Numbered from the stretch's first letter, positions 30,550-40,584 are shown. The stretch is DNA of 63,485 nt from Actinomycetota bacterium (GCA_037445995.1 JBBIJK010000007.1:1-63485); one strand, 5' to 3'. The notes: generated by a model from the letters alone, not told the origin. Made by a program: numbers and translations.

Positions 30550-31661
30550 TGGCGGGCTCCGCAGAGCACACCCGCGACCTGCTCTACGCCGCCGCTAGGG
30601 GTGAGCGCAGGCTCGCGCCCGAGGAGGCGTTGCACCTGCTGGACCACGCGGACACGCTGGACCTCGGCGCGGCCGCGGCGCGTCTTCGCAGGGCGCTCCA
30701 TCCGACCGGCGAGGTCACGTTCATCGTCGACCGGAACATCAACTACACCAACGTCTGCGTCTCGCGATGCCGCTTCTGCGCCTTCTACCGCGACCCGGGA
30801 TGCCCGGACGCATATGTGCTGGACACCGAGGAACTGCACCGCAAGGTCGCCCAGACCCTTGAGCTTGAGGGCACGGCCATACTGCTGCAAGGGGGGCTCC
30901 ACCCCGATCTGGACATCGGGTGGTACGAAGACCTCCTGCGCGCCATCAAGGAGCGCAACCCCGTGCACATCCACGGCTTCGGCCCGCCTGAGATAGCCCA
31001 CATCGCGCGCATCTCCGGACTTGGCACCGTCGACGTCCTTGAGCGGCTTCGGACCGCCGGGCTGGACTCGCTGCCCGGCGGAGGGGCCGAGATACTGGTC
31101 GACCGCGTGAGGGCCCACGTGTCCCCCAACAAGGCGACCTCGCAGGAGTGGATCGACGTCATGCGAGAGGCGCACTCCATCGGGATGTCCACGACGGCGA
31201 CGATGATGTTCGGCGGGGTGGAGACCCGCGCCGAGCGCGTCGAGCACATGACTCGCATCCGCGAGCTGCAGGACGACACAGGGGGCTTCCGGGCGTTCAT
31301 CCCATGGTCGTTCCAGCCGCGCAACACCGAGTTGGCGGCCGACGAGGCAGCCGCGTCAGGCCTCGAACCCGCGCCCGCCACCGGATGGGACTACCTGCGG
31401 ACCCTCGCCGTCTCGCGGCTCTTCCTCGACAACATTGCGAACATCCAGGCCTCCTGGGTCACGCAAGGCGCCAAGATCGGGCAGGTAGCGCTGGCGTTCG
31501 GCGCCAACGACATGGGGTCGACGATGATCGAGGAGAACGTCGTGGCCGCAGCCGGAGTGCGGTTCACGATGGCGCGCGACGAGCTGGTGCGACTGATCCG
31601 CGACGCCGGCTACGAGCCGGTCCAGCGCGACACGCTCTACCGGGAGGTCCGCAGGTTCTGA
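30549..31661 (+). CDS. mqnC: Cyclic dehypoxanthinyl futalosine synthase (radical SAM)
   Basis: DRNINYTNVCVSRCRFCAF, LQGGLHP, QASWVTQG, GSTMIEENVV. Confidence 0.93.
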   Translation: MAGSAEHTRDLLYAAARGERRLAPEEALHLLDHADTLDLGAAAARLRRALHPTGEVTFIVDRNINYTNVCVSRCRFCAFYRDPGCPDAYVLDTEELHRKVAQTLELEGTAILLQGGLHPDLDIGWYEDLLRAIKERNPVHIHGFGPPEIAHIARISGLGTVDVLERLRTAGLDSLPGGGAEILVDRVRAHVSPNKATSQEWIDVMREAHSIGMSTTATMMFGGVETRAERVEHMTRIRELQDDTGGFRAFIPWSFQPRNTELAADEAAASGLEPAPATGWDYLRTLAVSRLFLDNIANIQASWVTQGAKIGQVALAFGANDMGSTMIEENVVAAAGVRFTMARDELVRLIRDAGYEPVQRDTLYREVRRF

Positions 31662-32491
31662 GCGGCCGGGCTGGCCGCCAGCCCGCCTCTGGCGGTCTCG
31701 CGCAGGTCCGAGGGGATGGACCTGCCGACCTTGGCCAGCGCGTCGGCGACCTGGTCGAACGGAATCGGGAACTCCACTCCGGCGAGCGCCGACTCGGCCG
31801 CGGCCAGCGCGATCGCCGCCCCGGTGGCGTTGCGGGCGACGCAGGGCACCTCGACCAGGCCGCCCACAGGGTCGCACACCAGACCGAGCGTGCCCTGTAG
31901 CGCGATCGAGGCCGCATGCCCGCACTGCTCGGGCGAACCCCCGAGCATCGAAGCTGTCGCGGCGGCGGCCATGGCCGCAGCGGTGCCGATCTCGGCCTGA
32001 CAGCCTGCGGCCGCGCCGGACAGACCGGTCCGCGAGGCGACTACGGCGCCTATGGCGGCTGCCGTGGCAAGGGCGTCGACCAGCTCCTCGTCACCCGATC
32101 CCCGCTCCTCGGCGATCGCCAGCAGCACACCGGGCAGCACGCCCGAGGCGCCTCCCGTGGGAGCCGCGACGACGCGCCCCATGGATGCGTTCACCTCCGC
32201 GACGGCCAGCGCTCCGGCGAGCGCCCTCGCGAACACGCCCCCGACCGGCCCGGCCGCCGAGGCGGCCACCCTGGCCGCGTCGCCCCCGGTAAGCCCCGAG
32301 CGCGAGCGCGCCTCTGCCGCGAGCCCCGCTCGCACGGCGTCGCGCATGACGCCGAGGGCGGCCGCGAACCGGTCCCGGACCGCTTCGGGGGTCTCGCCCG
32401 ACTCCTCGCATTCGGCCGCGATCGCGGCGGCCGCGATCGAGCCCGAGTCGCGGGCGGCAACCAGAAGGGTGTCGAATCTCTCGTGAGCCGT
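31637..32491 (-). CDS. sdaAA: L-serine dehydratase, Fe-S-dependent, alpha subunit (apparent ACG start)
   Basis: EVNASMG.VVAAPT.GASG, GCQAEIG, LGLVCDPVGGLVEVPC, LRETARGGLA; frame stays open to an ACG just behind GGAGGT. Confidence 0.88.
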   Translation of the reverse strand, partial: TAHERFDTLLVAARDSGSIAAAAIAAECEESGETPEAVRDRFAAALGVMRDAVRAGLAAEARSRSGLTGGDAARVAASAAGPVGGVFARALAGALAVAEVNASMGRVVAAPTGGASGVLPGVLLAIAEERGSGDEELVDALATAAAIGAVVASRTGLSGAAAGCQAEIGTAAAMAAAATASMLGGSPEQCGHAASIALQGTLGLVCDPVGGLVEVPCVARNATGAAIALAAAESALAGVEFPIPFDQVADALAKVGRSIPSDLRETARGGLAASPAAQNLRTSR

Positions 32492-32501
32492 GGTGACCTC
32501 C

Positions 32502-33170
32502 CTAGACGGCCGGCACCGACCGGACCTCGGCGACTCCGTCGATGCACGCGAGCGAGGCGACCGCCTCGGCCGGCACGACGGTGTCGGTCTCTATCAGCAT
32601 CAACGCTTCGCCGCCGCGGCCGGCGCGCGAGACCCGCATCGCGGCGATGTTGACGCCAGCCTTCGCGAGGACGGAGGTCACGGCCGCGACCTCGCCGGGC
32701 CGGTCGGCGTGAACGACTGTCAGGAACGGCAGCCTGCCGGACGCCTCGACAGCGAAGGCCCCGATGCTCCTCAACTCCACCTCGGCGCCGCCGACCGACG
32801 ATCCCGTGACGCGAAGCGAACGCCCCTCGGCGGCCATGTCGAACGAGGCGGTGTTGGGATGAGCGTCCCCGAGGTCGACCTCGCAGAACTCGACCTCCAT
32901 CCCAGCGTGCCCTGCGGCCTCGAACGCGCCGCGGATGGCCGGGTCGTCCGCGCGCATCCCCAGCAGGCCCGCGACCAGCGCTATGTCGGTACCGTGGCCG
33001 TGACCGGTTCGAGCGAACGACCCGTGCAGCCCGATGCTGACCCGCTCGGGCGTGCCGCCGAACACCGAGCGCGCCAACGCCCCGAGCCTCACCGCGCCGG
33101 CGGTGTGACTCGACGAGGGCCCGATCATGACAGGCCCCAGGACGTCGAAGAGAGAGCGCGGTCCCTTCAT
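32502..33170 (-). CDS. sdaAB: L-serine dehydratase, Fe-S-dependent, beta subunit (ACT domain)
   Basis: FDVLGPVMIGPSSSHTAGA, GSFA.TG.GHGTD, HPNT, DRPG ACT domain. Confidence 0.95.
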   Translation of the reverse strand: MKGPRSLFDVLGPVMIGPSSSHTAGAVRLGALARSVFGGTPERVSIGLHGSFARTGHGHGTDIALVAGLLGMRADDPAIRGAFEAAGHAGMEVEFCEVDLGDAHPNTASFDMAAEGRSLRVTGSSVGGAEVELRSIGAFAVEASGRLPFLTVVHADRPGEVAAVTSVLAKAGVNIAAMRVSRAGRGGEALMLIETDTVVPAEAVASLACIDGVAEVRSVPAV

Positions 33171-33340
33171 GCCTGAATCGTAGCGCACCCCGAGCGGTCC
33201 TCGCACGGGCCCTTGGAGCGAAGACCGCCGTGAAGCGCTATCCTCGGGGCTACGGCGCCGTGGATGCTGATCTGCCCGCGTACAGCTCGAGCACAGCCGG
33301 GCAGTACTCGATCTCGTCTCAGCTCCTAGAGGAGGTCTTC

Positions 33341-34315
33341 GTGAGGGGAACGACAGGCGGCAAGTGGCTGCTTGCCTGTTCGCTGGCTTCAGTGATGATC
33401 GCGGGGTGTTCCTCCACCGTCACGCCGTCTGGTTCGCAAGTCGAGACCGGTTCTAGCGACGGCGTCATCGTCTTGAGCGTTCCTCCGATGGACGCAACCG
33501 GGTCCTCGGGGTCATTCGCATCCCTGCGCTCCGAGGCGGACACGACGGCGCTGCCGAAGAAGCTGATGGTGTACAGGGTCAAGCCTGCCGGCGTGACCAA
33601 GGATTCCTTCGAGGCACGCGCCCGCAAGCTCGGATTGACGGGGTCGACGGAAGATCTCGGAGCCAGCTTCCAGGTCGTTGGTCCTGATGCGAGCTTCGAG
33701 GTCGACAAGCTCACCGGTTCTTTCGACTACACCACAGACGCGCTCGAGAAGCAGACGCAGCCCGTCCGGAGGCTGCTGCCTGACGCAGAATATCGGCAGA
33801 GGGCCCAGGCATTCCTCAACTCGGCGGGCCTCATGGAAGAAGCCGCAGAGTTCCGGGGTGTGAATCGCGGCAATGTCGTGCACGACTTCGAGAACGGTCA
33901 GTGGGTTGCGCAGCCGTACATGATCGAGGTGCGCTTCAGCCACAAGCCCCTGAGCGGCATCGCCTTCGACAAGGGCGTCGGCCCCAAGATCGTGGTCCAG
34001 TTCGGCGAGGACGGTCAGATCCTCGGTGCGATGTCGGTGTGGCGACATGTGGAGCCGTTCGCCGAGTACCCCCTCAAATCCCCCCAAGACGCGCTAACCG
34101 CTGTCCGAAACGGCGAAGCTGCCTTCTTCGACGTCCACAGGCAAGACAGCGGGGTTGTCAAGAAGATCTCGCTCAGCTACATGAATGAGCCTCGCGGCTA
34201 CGACCAGCAGTACGTCCTTCCCGTGTACCTCCTCGATGGTGTCGCCGCTGAAGGCCGGTCTTTCGTCGTCGTGACGCGAGCGATTCCGGACGCACTGCTC
34301 CGAGTCGATCCCTAG
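33341..34315 (+). CDS. Hypothetical lipoprotein
   Basis: GGAGG RBS then GTG; lipobox MIAGC; looks more A/T-rich than neighbours by eye. Confidence 0.75.
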   Translation: MRGTTGGKWLLACSLASVMIAGCSSTVTPSGSQVETGSSDGVIVLSVPPMDATGSSGSFASLRSEADTTALPKKLMVYRVKPAGVTKDSFEARARKLGLTGSTEDLGASFQVVGPDASFEVDKLTGSFDYTTDALEKQTQPVRRLLPDAEYRQRAQAFLNSAGLMEEAAEFRGVNRGNVVHDFENGQWVAQPYMIEVRFSHKPLSGIAFDKGVGPKIVVQFGEDGQILGAMSVWRHVEPFAEYPLKSPQDALTAVRNGEAAFFDVHRQDSGVVKKISLSYMNEPRGYDQQYVLPVYLLDGVAAEGRSFVVVTRAIPDALLRVDP

Positions 34316-34342
34316 ACTGATGGGGCGTCGCCCAGGTGACCC

Positions 34343-35428
34343 TTACACACTGACGGGCTCACCCCTCTTCCGCACCTCGAGCATGTCACAGAAGGCCTCG
34401 ACTCGCGTGGCGATACCCGTCTGGGCCGTTTGCTCATCGTAGGAGACGTACAGCACCGGGAAGGTGTGCTCCCGGCTGATGCGCTGGAGAACCGACATCG
34501 CCGAGACCTCGGGCATGCAACCGAACGGTTTGAGGTGCACGACCCCGTCGAAGCCAAGCTTCAGGAGTTGCCAGGTCTTGGCCACCGTCTCGGTGCCGTC
34601 GGCGCCGATGTGGTGCTCGATCCAGGGTGCCGCCTGCTCGATCACGTGCAGGATGTGCGGACGCCCCTTCAGAGCGTGCTCGATGACGCCGGTCAGCGTG
34701 ATGAACCGGTGCACCTCCGCGCCGTGCTCGGCGATCTTGCGCTCGATGCCGTGGTTGGAGAAGGGCTCCATGAGCACGTACAGCTCGCCCACGATGCCGA
34801 CGCGCAGCGGGTCCTCCGGCTTGTCGAGCGGGACGGCCCCGAGCCCCGCGAGCGCCTCGGCGCGGACGCGATCGATCCCTTCGAACGCCGTGAGCGGCCC
34901 TAAGTCGCGCAGCAGCCGGGAGAACACGCGGTCCATCGCGCCGCTCTCGCGCTCGAACCCGACGTTCTTGCGCATGAAGTCCTCCGCGGCCTCGATCGCC
35001 TTGGCCTTTCGCCAGGCGACCCGGAAGGCATGCACGACCTGCGGATACGACGCCGACGGGTTGATGCGCTTGAACGAGCGCGCGTAGCCGGTGACCTTCC
35101 AGTGGCCCGTGAGCGCGACGAGCTCGAAGTCGTAACCGAGGTCGCGAAGGATCTGCTCCTGCACCTCGGCGTAGTAGCCGAAGCGGCAGCCGCCGCCCGC
35201 CTGGACGACGACGTTCGCCCCGCCTTCGAGCGCCTCTATGTAGTTGCCGAGGTTGTACTTGAACGGGACGCAAACGAACTCGGGGCTGTGCCGCGCGCCG
35301 ATCTCGAGCGTCCGCCTCGTCATCTTCGGCGGAGGCACGGCCTCAGCCCCCAGGAGCTCGATGAACGTCTTGAGCGCGACGTGATACTCGCCCATGTGCG
35401 GGAATGTGACTCTCCGCGTCCCGCTCAC
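34343..35428 (-). CDS. 2-hydroxyacyl-CoA dehydratase / CoA-activase-associated family protein
   Basis: TFPHMG, SPEFVCVPFK..LGN, GGCRFGYY, VGELY, PFGCMPE, DEQT...G..TRVEAF. Confidence 0.8.
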   Translation of the reverse strand: MSGTRRVTFPHMGEYHVALKTFIELLGAEAVPPPKMTRRTLEIGARHSPEFVCVPFKYNLGNYIEALEGGANVVVQAGGGCRFGYYAEVQEQILRDLGYDFELVALTGHWKVTGYARSFKRINPSASYPQVVHAFRVAWRKAKAIEAAEDFMRKNVGFERESGAMDRVFSRLLRDLGPLTAFEGIDRVRAEALAGLGAVPLDKPEDPLRVGIVGELYVLMEPFSNHGIERKIAEHGAEVHRFITLTGVIEHALKGRPHILHVIEQAAPWIEHHIGADGTETVAKTWQLLKLGFDGVVHLKPFGCMPEVSAMSVLQRISREHTFPVLYVSYDEQTAQTGIATRVEAFCDMLEVRKRGEPVSV

Positions 35429-35618
35429 GACGCCCTCCGCATCTGCGACGGGTGCATGCACCTGCTCGCGCCCCCTCATCTGGCCGTCGTGCCAACATGT
35501 TGTTTCCCTCAGCGCCGCGATGCTCTCCCTGGCCCTCAGCGTCAGCCGCGCTCGCCGGTCACGCAGGCAGTGCCGCGCGACCCCGCAATCGGGTACCCTC
35601 GTCTGCGAGGAGGTCGCC

Positions 35619-36482
35619 ATGCCTGACCAGCGTGTACCCCGCGTAGACTTCGGCGTCTGCGGAGGCTCCGGCTCGCTTTCGCTGGGCACCGCCGCCGACG
35701 TCGAGGACACCCGCGCCGAGGTCCTCGCCGACGGGCTCGTGTTCGACACTCCCTTCGGCCGGTCCCCGGCGTTCACGCACGTCCGCGTGACAGGCTCGCA
35801 GGGCCCCCGCGAGGCGCTCACGGTGCGCATGCACGGCTGGCGGCGGGGCGTGAAGCGGGCGGACGCCTCGCTGCAGGTCTTCTGGGTCTTCCACGAGGCG
35901 GGCGTTCGCAAGGTCGTCGCGGACGGCGGCGTGGGCTCGCTCAACCACCTGCTGGACCCGCGGGACGCCGTCGTGCCCCACGACTTCATCGACCTCACGG
36001 TGCGGCAGGACATCTACGTCCGCGGGGACCACCTGCTGATCATGCGCAAGCCGATATGCCCCGACCTCCACCGCCACCTCTACCTCGGCGCCAGCGAGCG
36101 GTTCCCCCGGGTCTTCGGGCGCGGGATCTACCTGGTGACCGACGGGCCCCGGTTCGAGTCCCCTGCCGAGATCGACTACATGCGACGCATCGGCGGCGAC
36201 GTGATCGGGCAGTCCCTGGCCCCGGAGGTGACGCTGGCGCGCGACATCGGCGCCTGCTTCGCAGGCCTGTACGTAGTGGTGAACTACGGCGAAGGGGTGG
36301 TCCGCGACTGGGAGCACGAGGAGCTCAAGTCGATCTTCTACGAGGAGTCCGACGCCGTGGCGCGATGCATCCTGGACACCATCGCGGAGGCGGATCTTGA
36401 CGCGGGTTGCGGCTGCGCGGACCTCCGCAAGCCCTCCCTGCTCAGCATCCCGGACGAGCGCCCTGGGGGCCCGGCCACGTGA
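35619..36482 (+). CDS. MTAP-family purine nucleoside phosphorylase
   Basis: GGSG, TPFG.SP, MHG, VGSL, DFID.T, GPRFESPAE. Confidence 0.85.
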   Translation: MPDQRVPRVDFGVCGGSGSLSLGTAADVEDTRAEVLADGLVFDTPFGRSPAFTHVRVTGSQGPREALTVRMHGWRRGVKRADASLQVFWVFHEAGVRKVVADGGVGSLNHLLDPRDAVVPHDFIDLTVRQDIYVRGDHLLIMRKPICPDLHRHLYLGASERFPRVFGRGIYLVTDGPRFESPAEIDYMRRIGGDVIGQSLAPEVTLARDIGACFAGLYVVVNYGEGVVRDWEHEELKSIFYEESDAVARCILDTIAEADLDAGCGCADLRKPSLLSIPDERPGGPAT

Positions 36483-37801
36483 TCGTCGCCGGGGACTGGG
36501 TCCTCCCGGTCGAGGGAGCCCCGATCCGGCACGGGGCCGTCCGCCTACGGGGGCAGTTCGTCCGAGAGGTCGGGTACGCCCCAGAACTGCGAGCGGCGCA
36601 TCCCGGCGAGGAGACACACGACCTGTCCGGCTGCATCATCGCCCCAGGCCTGGTCAACGCGCACACCCACCTCGCTCTCACCGGCCTCGCCGGTATTGCC
36701 GACGCGACCAGCATGTCGCCGTGGCTTCGCCAGATAGCGCGCGCCTCGAGCGCCCTCGACCCCGATGACCTCGCGGCCTCGGTCACGCTCGGAGCGCGCA
36801 TGTGTCTGGCGTCCGGCACCACGTGCGTAGGGGACATCGCCTACGGCCCCGAGTCACCCTCTGCGGCGGCGGACGTCGGCCTCGGCGGCGTCTTCTTCTG
36901 GGAGGTCCTCGGGGTGGAGGAGGCCGATCTGGGACCTCATCTGCAGGCCAAGGACTTCCCCGCGGCCGCGGCCGACGCGTGCCGTGGGCGCACCGCGTGC
37001 GGCATCAGCGCGCACGCCCCGTACACCTCGGGCCCAGGTCTGATCAGAGCGGCCCACGCCATGGCCGCCGAGCTCGGGGTCCCGTTCGCGATGCACATGG
37101 CGGAGTCCCGCGCCGAATCGCGTCTGCTGCTGCACGGCACGGGCGAACTCGCCGGCGTCGCAGAGAGGCTCGCGAAGGGCTTCCGTCCGCCCGGGCGGGG
37201 GGCCGTGGGCTACCTCGACTCCATCAGCGCGCTGAAGGGGACGGTGGCGGTCCACTGCGTCGAGGTCGACGAGCGCGACGCGAGCATGCTCGCCGCCTCC
37301 GCCGCGGGAGTGGTCCTGTGCCCACGCTCGAACGCCCGGCTGGGGAACGGTCGCGCACCGGTCGGAGCGCTTCTGGCCGCCGGTTGCCGCATCGGGCTGG
37401 GCACCGACTCCCTGGCAAGCAACGCTGATCTCGATATGTTCTCCGAGGCGCGCGCTCTAAGAGAGCTCGCGCCCGAGCTGACGGCCGAGCGCACCCTGCG
37501 GATCCTCACGGTCGAAGGCGCCGAGGTGCTCGGGGCGGGCGCAAGGCACGGCCTCCTGGGACCGGGCCGCCACGCCGACCTCATCGCGGTGAAAGCGCCG
37601 GACACCGACTCGCCGGTGGAGGCGCTGCTGGCGGCGGAGGGTCGCGGCGCCGTCCGCGCGGTGATGTCGGGAGGCGTCTGGCGGGTGCTGAACGGAAAGC
37701 TGACCACGGCGGAGTCCCGCGCCGAGGCCCAGCGCGTCGACGCCATCCGCGAGAAGGCGAGGCGAGCGGTCAGCGAGGAGCCGTGGGCCGGCGAACCCTA
37801 G
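36479..37801 (+). CDS. Amidohydrolase (MtaD / aminodeoxyfutalosine deaminase-like)
   Basis: PGLVNAHTHL, HAPYT, HMAES..E, VHC, CPRSN, LGTDS.ASN. Confidence 0.85.
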   Translation: MIVAGDWVLPVEGAPIRHGAVRLRGQFVREVGYAPELRAAHPGEETHDLSGCIIAPGLVNAHTHLALTGLAGIADATSMSPWLRQIARASSALDPDDLAASVTLGARMCLASGTTCVGDIAYGPESPSAAADVGLGGVFFWEVLGVEEADLGPHLQAKDFPAAAADACRGRTACGISAHAPYTSGPGLIRAAHAMAAELGVPFAMHMAESRAESRLLLHGTGELAGVAERLAKGFRPPGRGAVGYLDSISALKGTVAVHCVEVDERDASMLAASAAGVVLCPRSNARLGNGRAPVGALLAAGCRIGLGTDSLASNADLDMFSEARALRELAPELTAERTLRILTVEGAEVLGAGARHGLLGPGRHADLIAVKAPDTDSPVEALLAAEGRGAVRAVMSGGVWRVLNGKLTTAESRAEAQRVDAIREKARRAVSEEPWAGEP

Positions 37802-37809
37802 CGTCGACG

Positions 37810-37827
37810 CAGGGCGGCCGCGCCCTG
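37810..37827. terminator. GC hairpin between convergent genes
   Basis: cagggcg-gccg-cgccctg, 7-bp stem, no U tract. Confidence 0.3.
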
Positions 37828-37850
37828 GGACCGGCCGGGGCCGATCGGGC

Positions 37851-38570
37851 CTACAACTCGCCGAGGTACGCCTTGCGGATGGCCTCGTTGCCCAGCAGCT
37901 CCTGACCGGAGCCCTGCAGGACCACCTTGCCGACCTCGAGGACGTAGCCCCTGTCCGCGATGGTCAGCGCCTTGGCCGCGTTCTGCTCGATCAGCAGGAT
38001 CGTGATGCCCTCGGCGTTGAGCTTCGCGATGGTCTCGAAGATCAGGTCGACTATGACCGGTGCGAGGCCCATCGACGGCTCGTCCAGCATCAGCAGTTTC
38101 GGGCGGGACATCAGAGCCCTGGCCATCGCCAGCATCTGCTGCTCTCCGCCTGAAAGCGTGCCGCCCTTCTGGGTGCGACGCTCCGCCAGGCGAGGGAAGA
38201 GCTCGAACGCGTGCGCCAGGTCCTGGGCCACAGCCTGCTTGTCTTTGCGCAGGTAGGCGCCCATCTCGAGGTTCTCTGTCACCGTCATCTGGCCGAAGAT
38301 GCGCCGACCCTCCGGAACCTGCACGACCCGCTTGGCGGCTACTTCGTGAACCGGCAGACCCGAGATCGTCTCGCCGTAGAGCTTGATCGCGCCGGACTTC
38401 GGCGCTATCAGCCCCGAGATGGTGTTGATGGTCGTGGACTTGCCGGCGCCATTGGCCCCGATCAGGGTGACTATCTCGCCCTCGTCCACATGGAAGCTGA
38501 CGCCCTTGAGCGCCTCGATGCGTCCGTAGAACGTGTGAATCTCCTCGACCGACAGAACCGTCTGTGACAT
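37851..38570 (-). CDS. livF: Branched-chain amino acid ABC ATP-binding protein
   Basis: GANGAGKST, VPEGRRIF, LSGGEQQMLA, DEPSMGLAP. Confidence 0.94.
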   Translation of the reverse strand: MSQTVLSVEEIHTFYGRIEALKGVSFHVDEGEIVTLIGANGAGKSTTINTISGLIAPKSGAIKLYGETISGLPVHEVAAKRVVQVPEGRRIFGQMTVTENLEMGAYLRKDKQAVAQDLAHAFELFPRLAERRTQKGGTLSGGEQQMLAMARALMSRPKLLMLDEPSMGLAPVIVDLIFETIAKLNAEGITILLIEQNAAKALTIADRGYVLEVGKVVLQGSGQELLGNEAIRKAYLGEL

Positions 38571-38572
38571 CG

Positions 38573-39364
38573 TCACTCCGCCCTCGCAGCCGCGAGCATC
38601 TCCTCGGCACCCTTGCCGAGGTACGCCTCTATGACCTTCGGATCACGCTGGATCTCAGCGGGCAGCCCCTGGGCGATCAGGACGCCGAAATCCAGGACGT
38701 AGATGCGGTCCGCAATGTCCATGACCACCTTCATGTCGTGCTCGATCAGGAAGACGGTGATCCCAAGGTCCCTGATCCGGCCGACCAGCTTGGTCAGCTC
38801 GTGGCTCTCCTGAGGGTTCATGCCCGCTGCCGGCTCATCGAGGAGCAGCAGCTTGGGCTCGGTGGCGAGCGCCCGAGCGATCTCAAGGCGGCGCTGATCT
38901 CCATAGGGCAGGTTCTTCGCGAGGTCGTTGGCCTTCCCCGCCAGCCCGATGAACCGCAGCCACTTGAGCGCCTCGTCGACGGTGTGCTGCTCCTCACGCT
39001 TGAACTGCGCTGTGCGCAGGACCGCCTGGAGCGGCCCGGCGTTGGTCCGGATGTGCCTGCCCACCATGACGTTCTCGAGCGCCGTCATGTTCGCGAACAA
39101 CCGGATGTTCTGGAAGGTGCGTGCGATGCCGTACTCGCACGCCTTGTGCGGCTTGAGGCCGGCGAGCTCGTGGCCGTCGAACACCACCGATCCTGACGTC
39201 GGCTTGTAGATGCCGGTCATAAGGTTGAAGAACGTTGTCTTGCCAGCCCCGTTGGGGCCGATCAGGGCGACGATCTCCCCGACCTCGATGTCGAGCGAGA
39301 CGTCCTCGACGGCCTTGATGCCGCCGAAGTGCATCGTCGCGTTCCTTGCCTCTACAAGCGCCAT
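38573..39364 (-). CDS. livG: Branched-chain amino acid ABC ATP-binding protein
   Basis: GPNGAGKTT, ARTFQNIRLF, LPYGDQRRLEIARALAT, DEPAAGMN. Confidence 0.94.
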   Translation of the reverse strand: MALVEARNATMHFGGIKAVEDVSLDIEVGEIVALIGPNGAGKTTFFNLMTGIYKPTSGSVVFDGHELAGLKPHKACEYGIARTFQNIRLFANMTALENVMVGRHIRTNAGPLQAVLRTAQFKREEQHTVDEALKWLRFIGLAGKANDLAKNLPYGDQRRLEIARALATEPKLLLLDEPAAGMNPQESHELTKLVGRIRDLGITVFLIEHDMKVVMDIADRIYVLDFGVLIAQGLPAEIQRDPKVIEAYLGKGAEEMLAAARAE

Positions 39365-39384
39365 GATCTCGGGTGCCCTTCGCC

Positions 39385-40581
39385 TTACGGCTTCTGGTTT
39401 GAAAGCCGCTGGTTGTGCTCGACGTCCCACAGGGACTGGTCCTCGTCGTCCCTCATCGCCTCGTCATCAGGGTGCAGTTCCCTGGCTCTGCGTCTGCTCG
39501 GGATCATGCCCTCGGGCTTGACGGCCATCATGATGACCATGAGCAGACCGAAAACCAGGAATCGGTAGCTGGTGATATGCGAGATGGTCTCGCCTGGCAG
39601 CTTCAGGACGCCCGCGACGGCCAGACCCTGGATCAGATCCGGAACGCCCCGGATGACCAGGGCGCCGACGATGGCGCCCGGTATCGAGCCCATCCCTCCG
39701 AGGACCACGATGCAGACCACGAACACCGACTCCATGAAGGTGAAGGACTCGGGGCTGATGAACTGCTGCACGTAGGCGAAGGTGACACCGGCGACACCGC
39801 CAGACAGCGCTCCTATCGAGAAGGCCCACAGCTTCTGGGTGCGGATGTTCACTCCGCACGCGGCCGCCGCGATCTCGTTCTCACGCATGGCGGCCCACGC
39901 GCGCCCGAGCCTCGAGTCGTCCAGGCGGTTGATCAGTATGACCGACAGGATGATCAGGCCCAGCACGACGAAGTACCAGTAGAGGTTCGAGTGGAACACG
40001 AACTGGCCAAGCGGCGTCTCGAAGCGGATGTTGTCCCGCAACCACTCGACGCCGATCGGCGGGACGACCACCTCGTTGCCGCGGGGAAGCCCGGTGGCGC
40101 CGTTGGTCAAGCCAAAGATGTTGTTGTTCAGGGAGATCCGGACGATCTCGCCAAAGCCCAGCGTGACGATGGCCAGGTAGTCTCCCTTGAGACGGAGCAC
40201 GGGGAAGCCCAGCGCGACGCCCGTGATGGCTCCGGCTATCGCTCCCGGTACCAGCATCACCCAGTAGGTGGCGCCCCCCAGCACGTGGTTGAAGGACTGG
40301 CCGATGAGCATGCCGGCGTAGGCGCCCATCGCGTAAAAGGCGATGTATCCGAGGTCCAGAAGGCCGGCGTAGCCGACCACGATGTTCAATCCGAGCGCGA
40401 GCAGGATCCAGATGCCGACGATGACGAGGATCCTGACGAGGAAGCCCAGGCCCGTGGTGGCCTGAAACAGCAGTGGAACTACGACGATCAGAACGGCCAG
40501 GGCCGCGTAGAGCGCCTTCTTCCCCGCGGAGACGTCCTTGGTGATACCCATCGCGCGCTCAGTGACTGTCGGTCGCGCCAT
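39385..40581 (-). CDS. livM: Branched-chain amino acid ABC permease
   Basis: GLNIVVGYAGLLDLGY, GDYLAIVTLGFGEI, GGMGS..G. Confidence 0.93.
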   Translation of the reverse strand: MARPTVTERAMGITKDVSAGKKALYAALAVLIVVVPLLFQATTGLGFLVRILVIVGIWILLALGLNIVVGYAGLLDLGYIAFYAMGAYAGMLIGQSFNHVLGGATYWVMLVPGAIAGAITGVALGFPVLRLKGDYLAIVTLGFGEIVRISLNNNIFGLTNGATGLPRGNEVVVPPIGVEWLRDNIRFETPLGQFVFHSNLYWYFVVLGLIILSVILINRLDDSRLGRAWAAMRENEIAAAACGVNIRTQKLWAFSIGALSGGVAGVTFAYVQQFISPESFTFMESVFVVCIVVLGGMGSIPGAIVGALVIRGVPDLIQGLAVAGVLKLPGETISHITSYRFLVFGLLMVIMMAVKPEGMIPSRRRARELHPDDEAMRDDEDQSLWDVEHNQRLSNQKP

Positions 40582-40584
40582 CGG

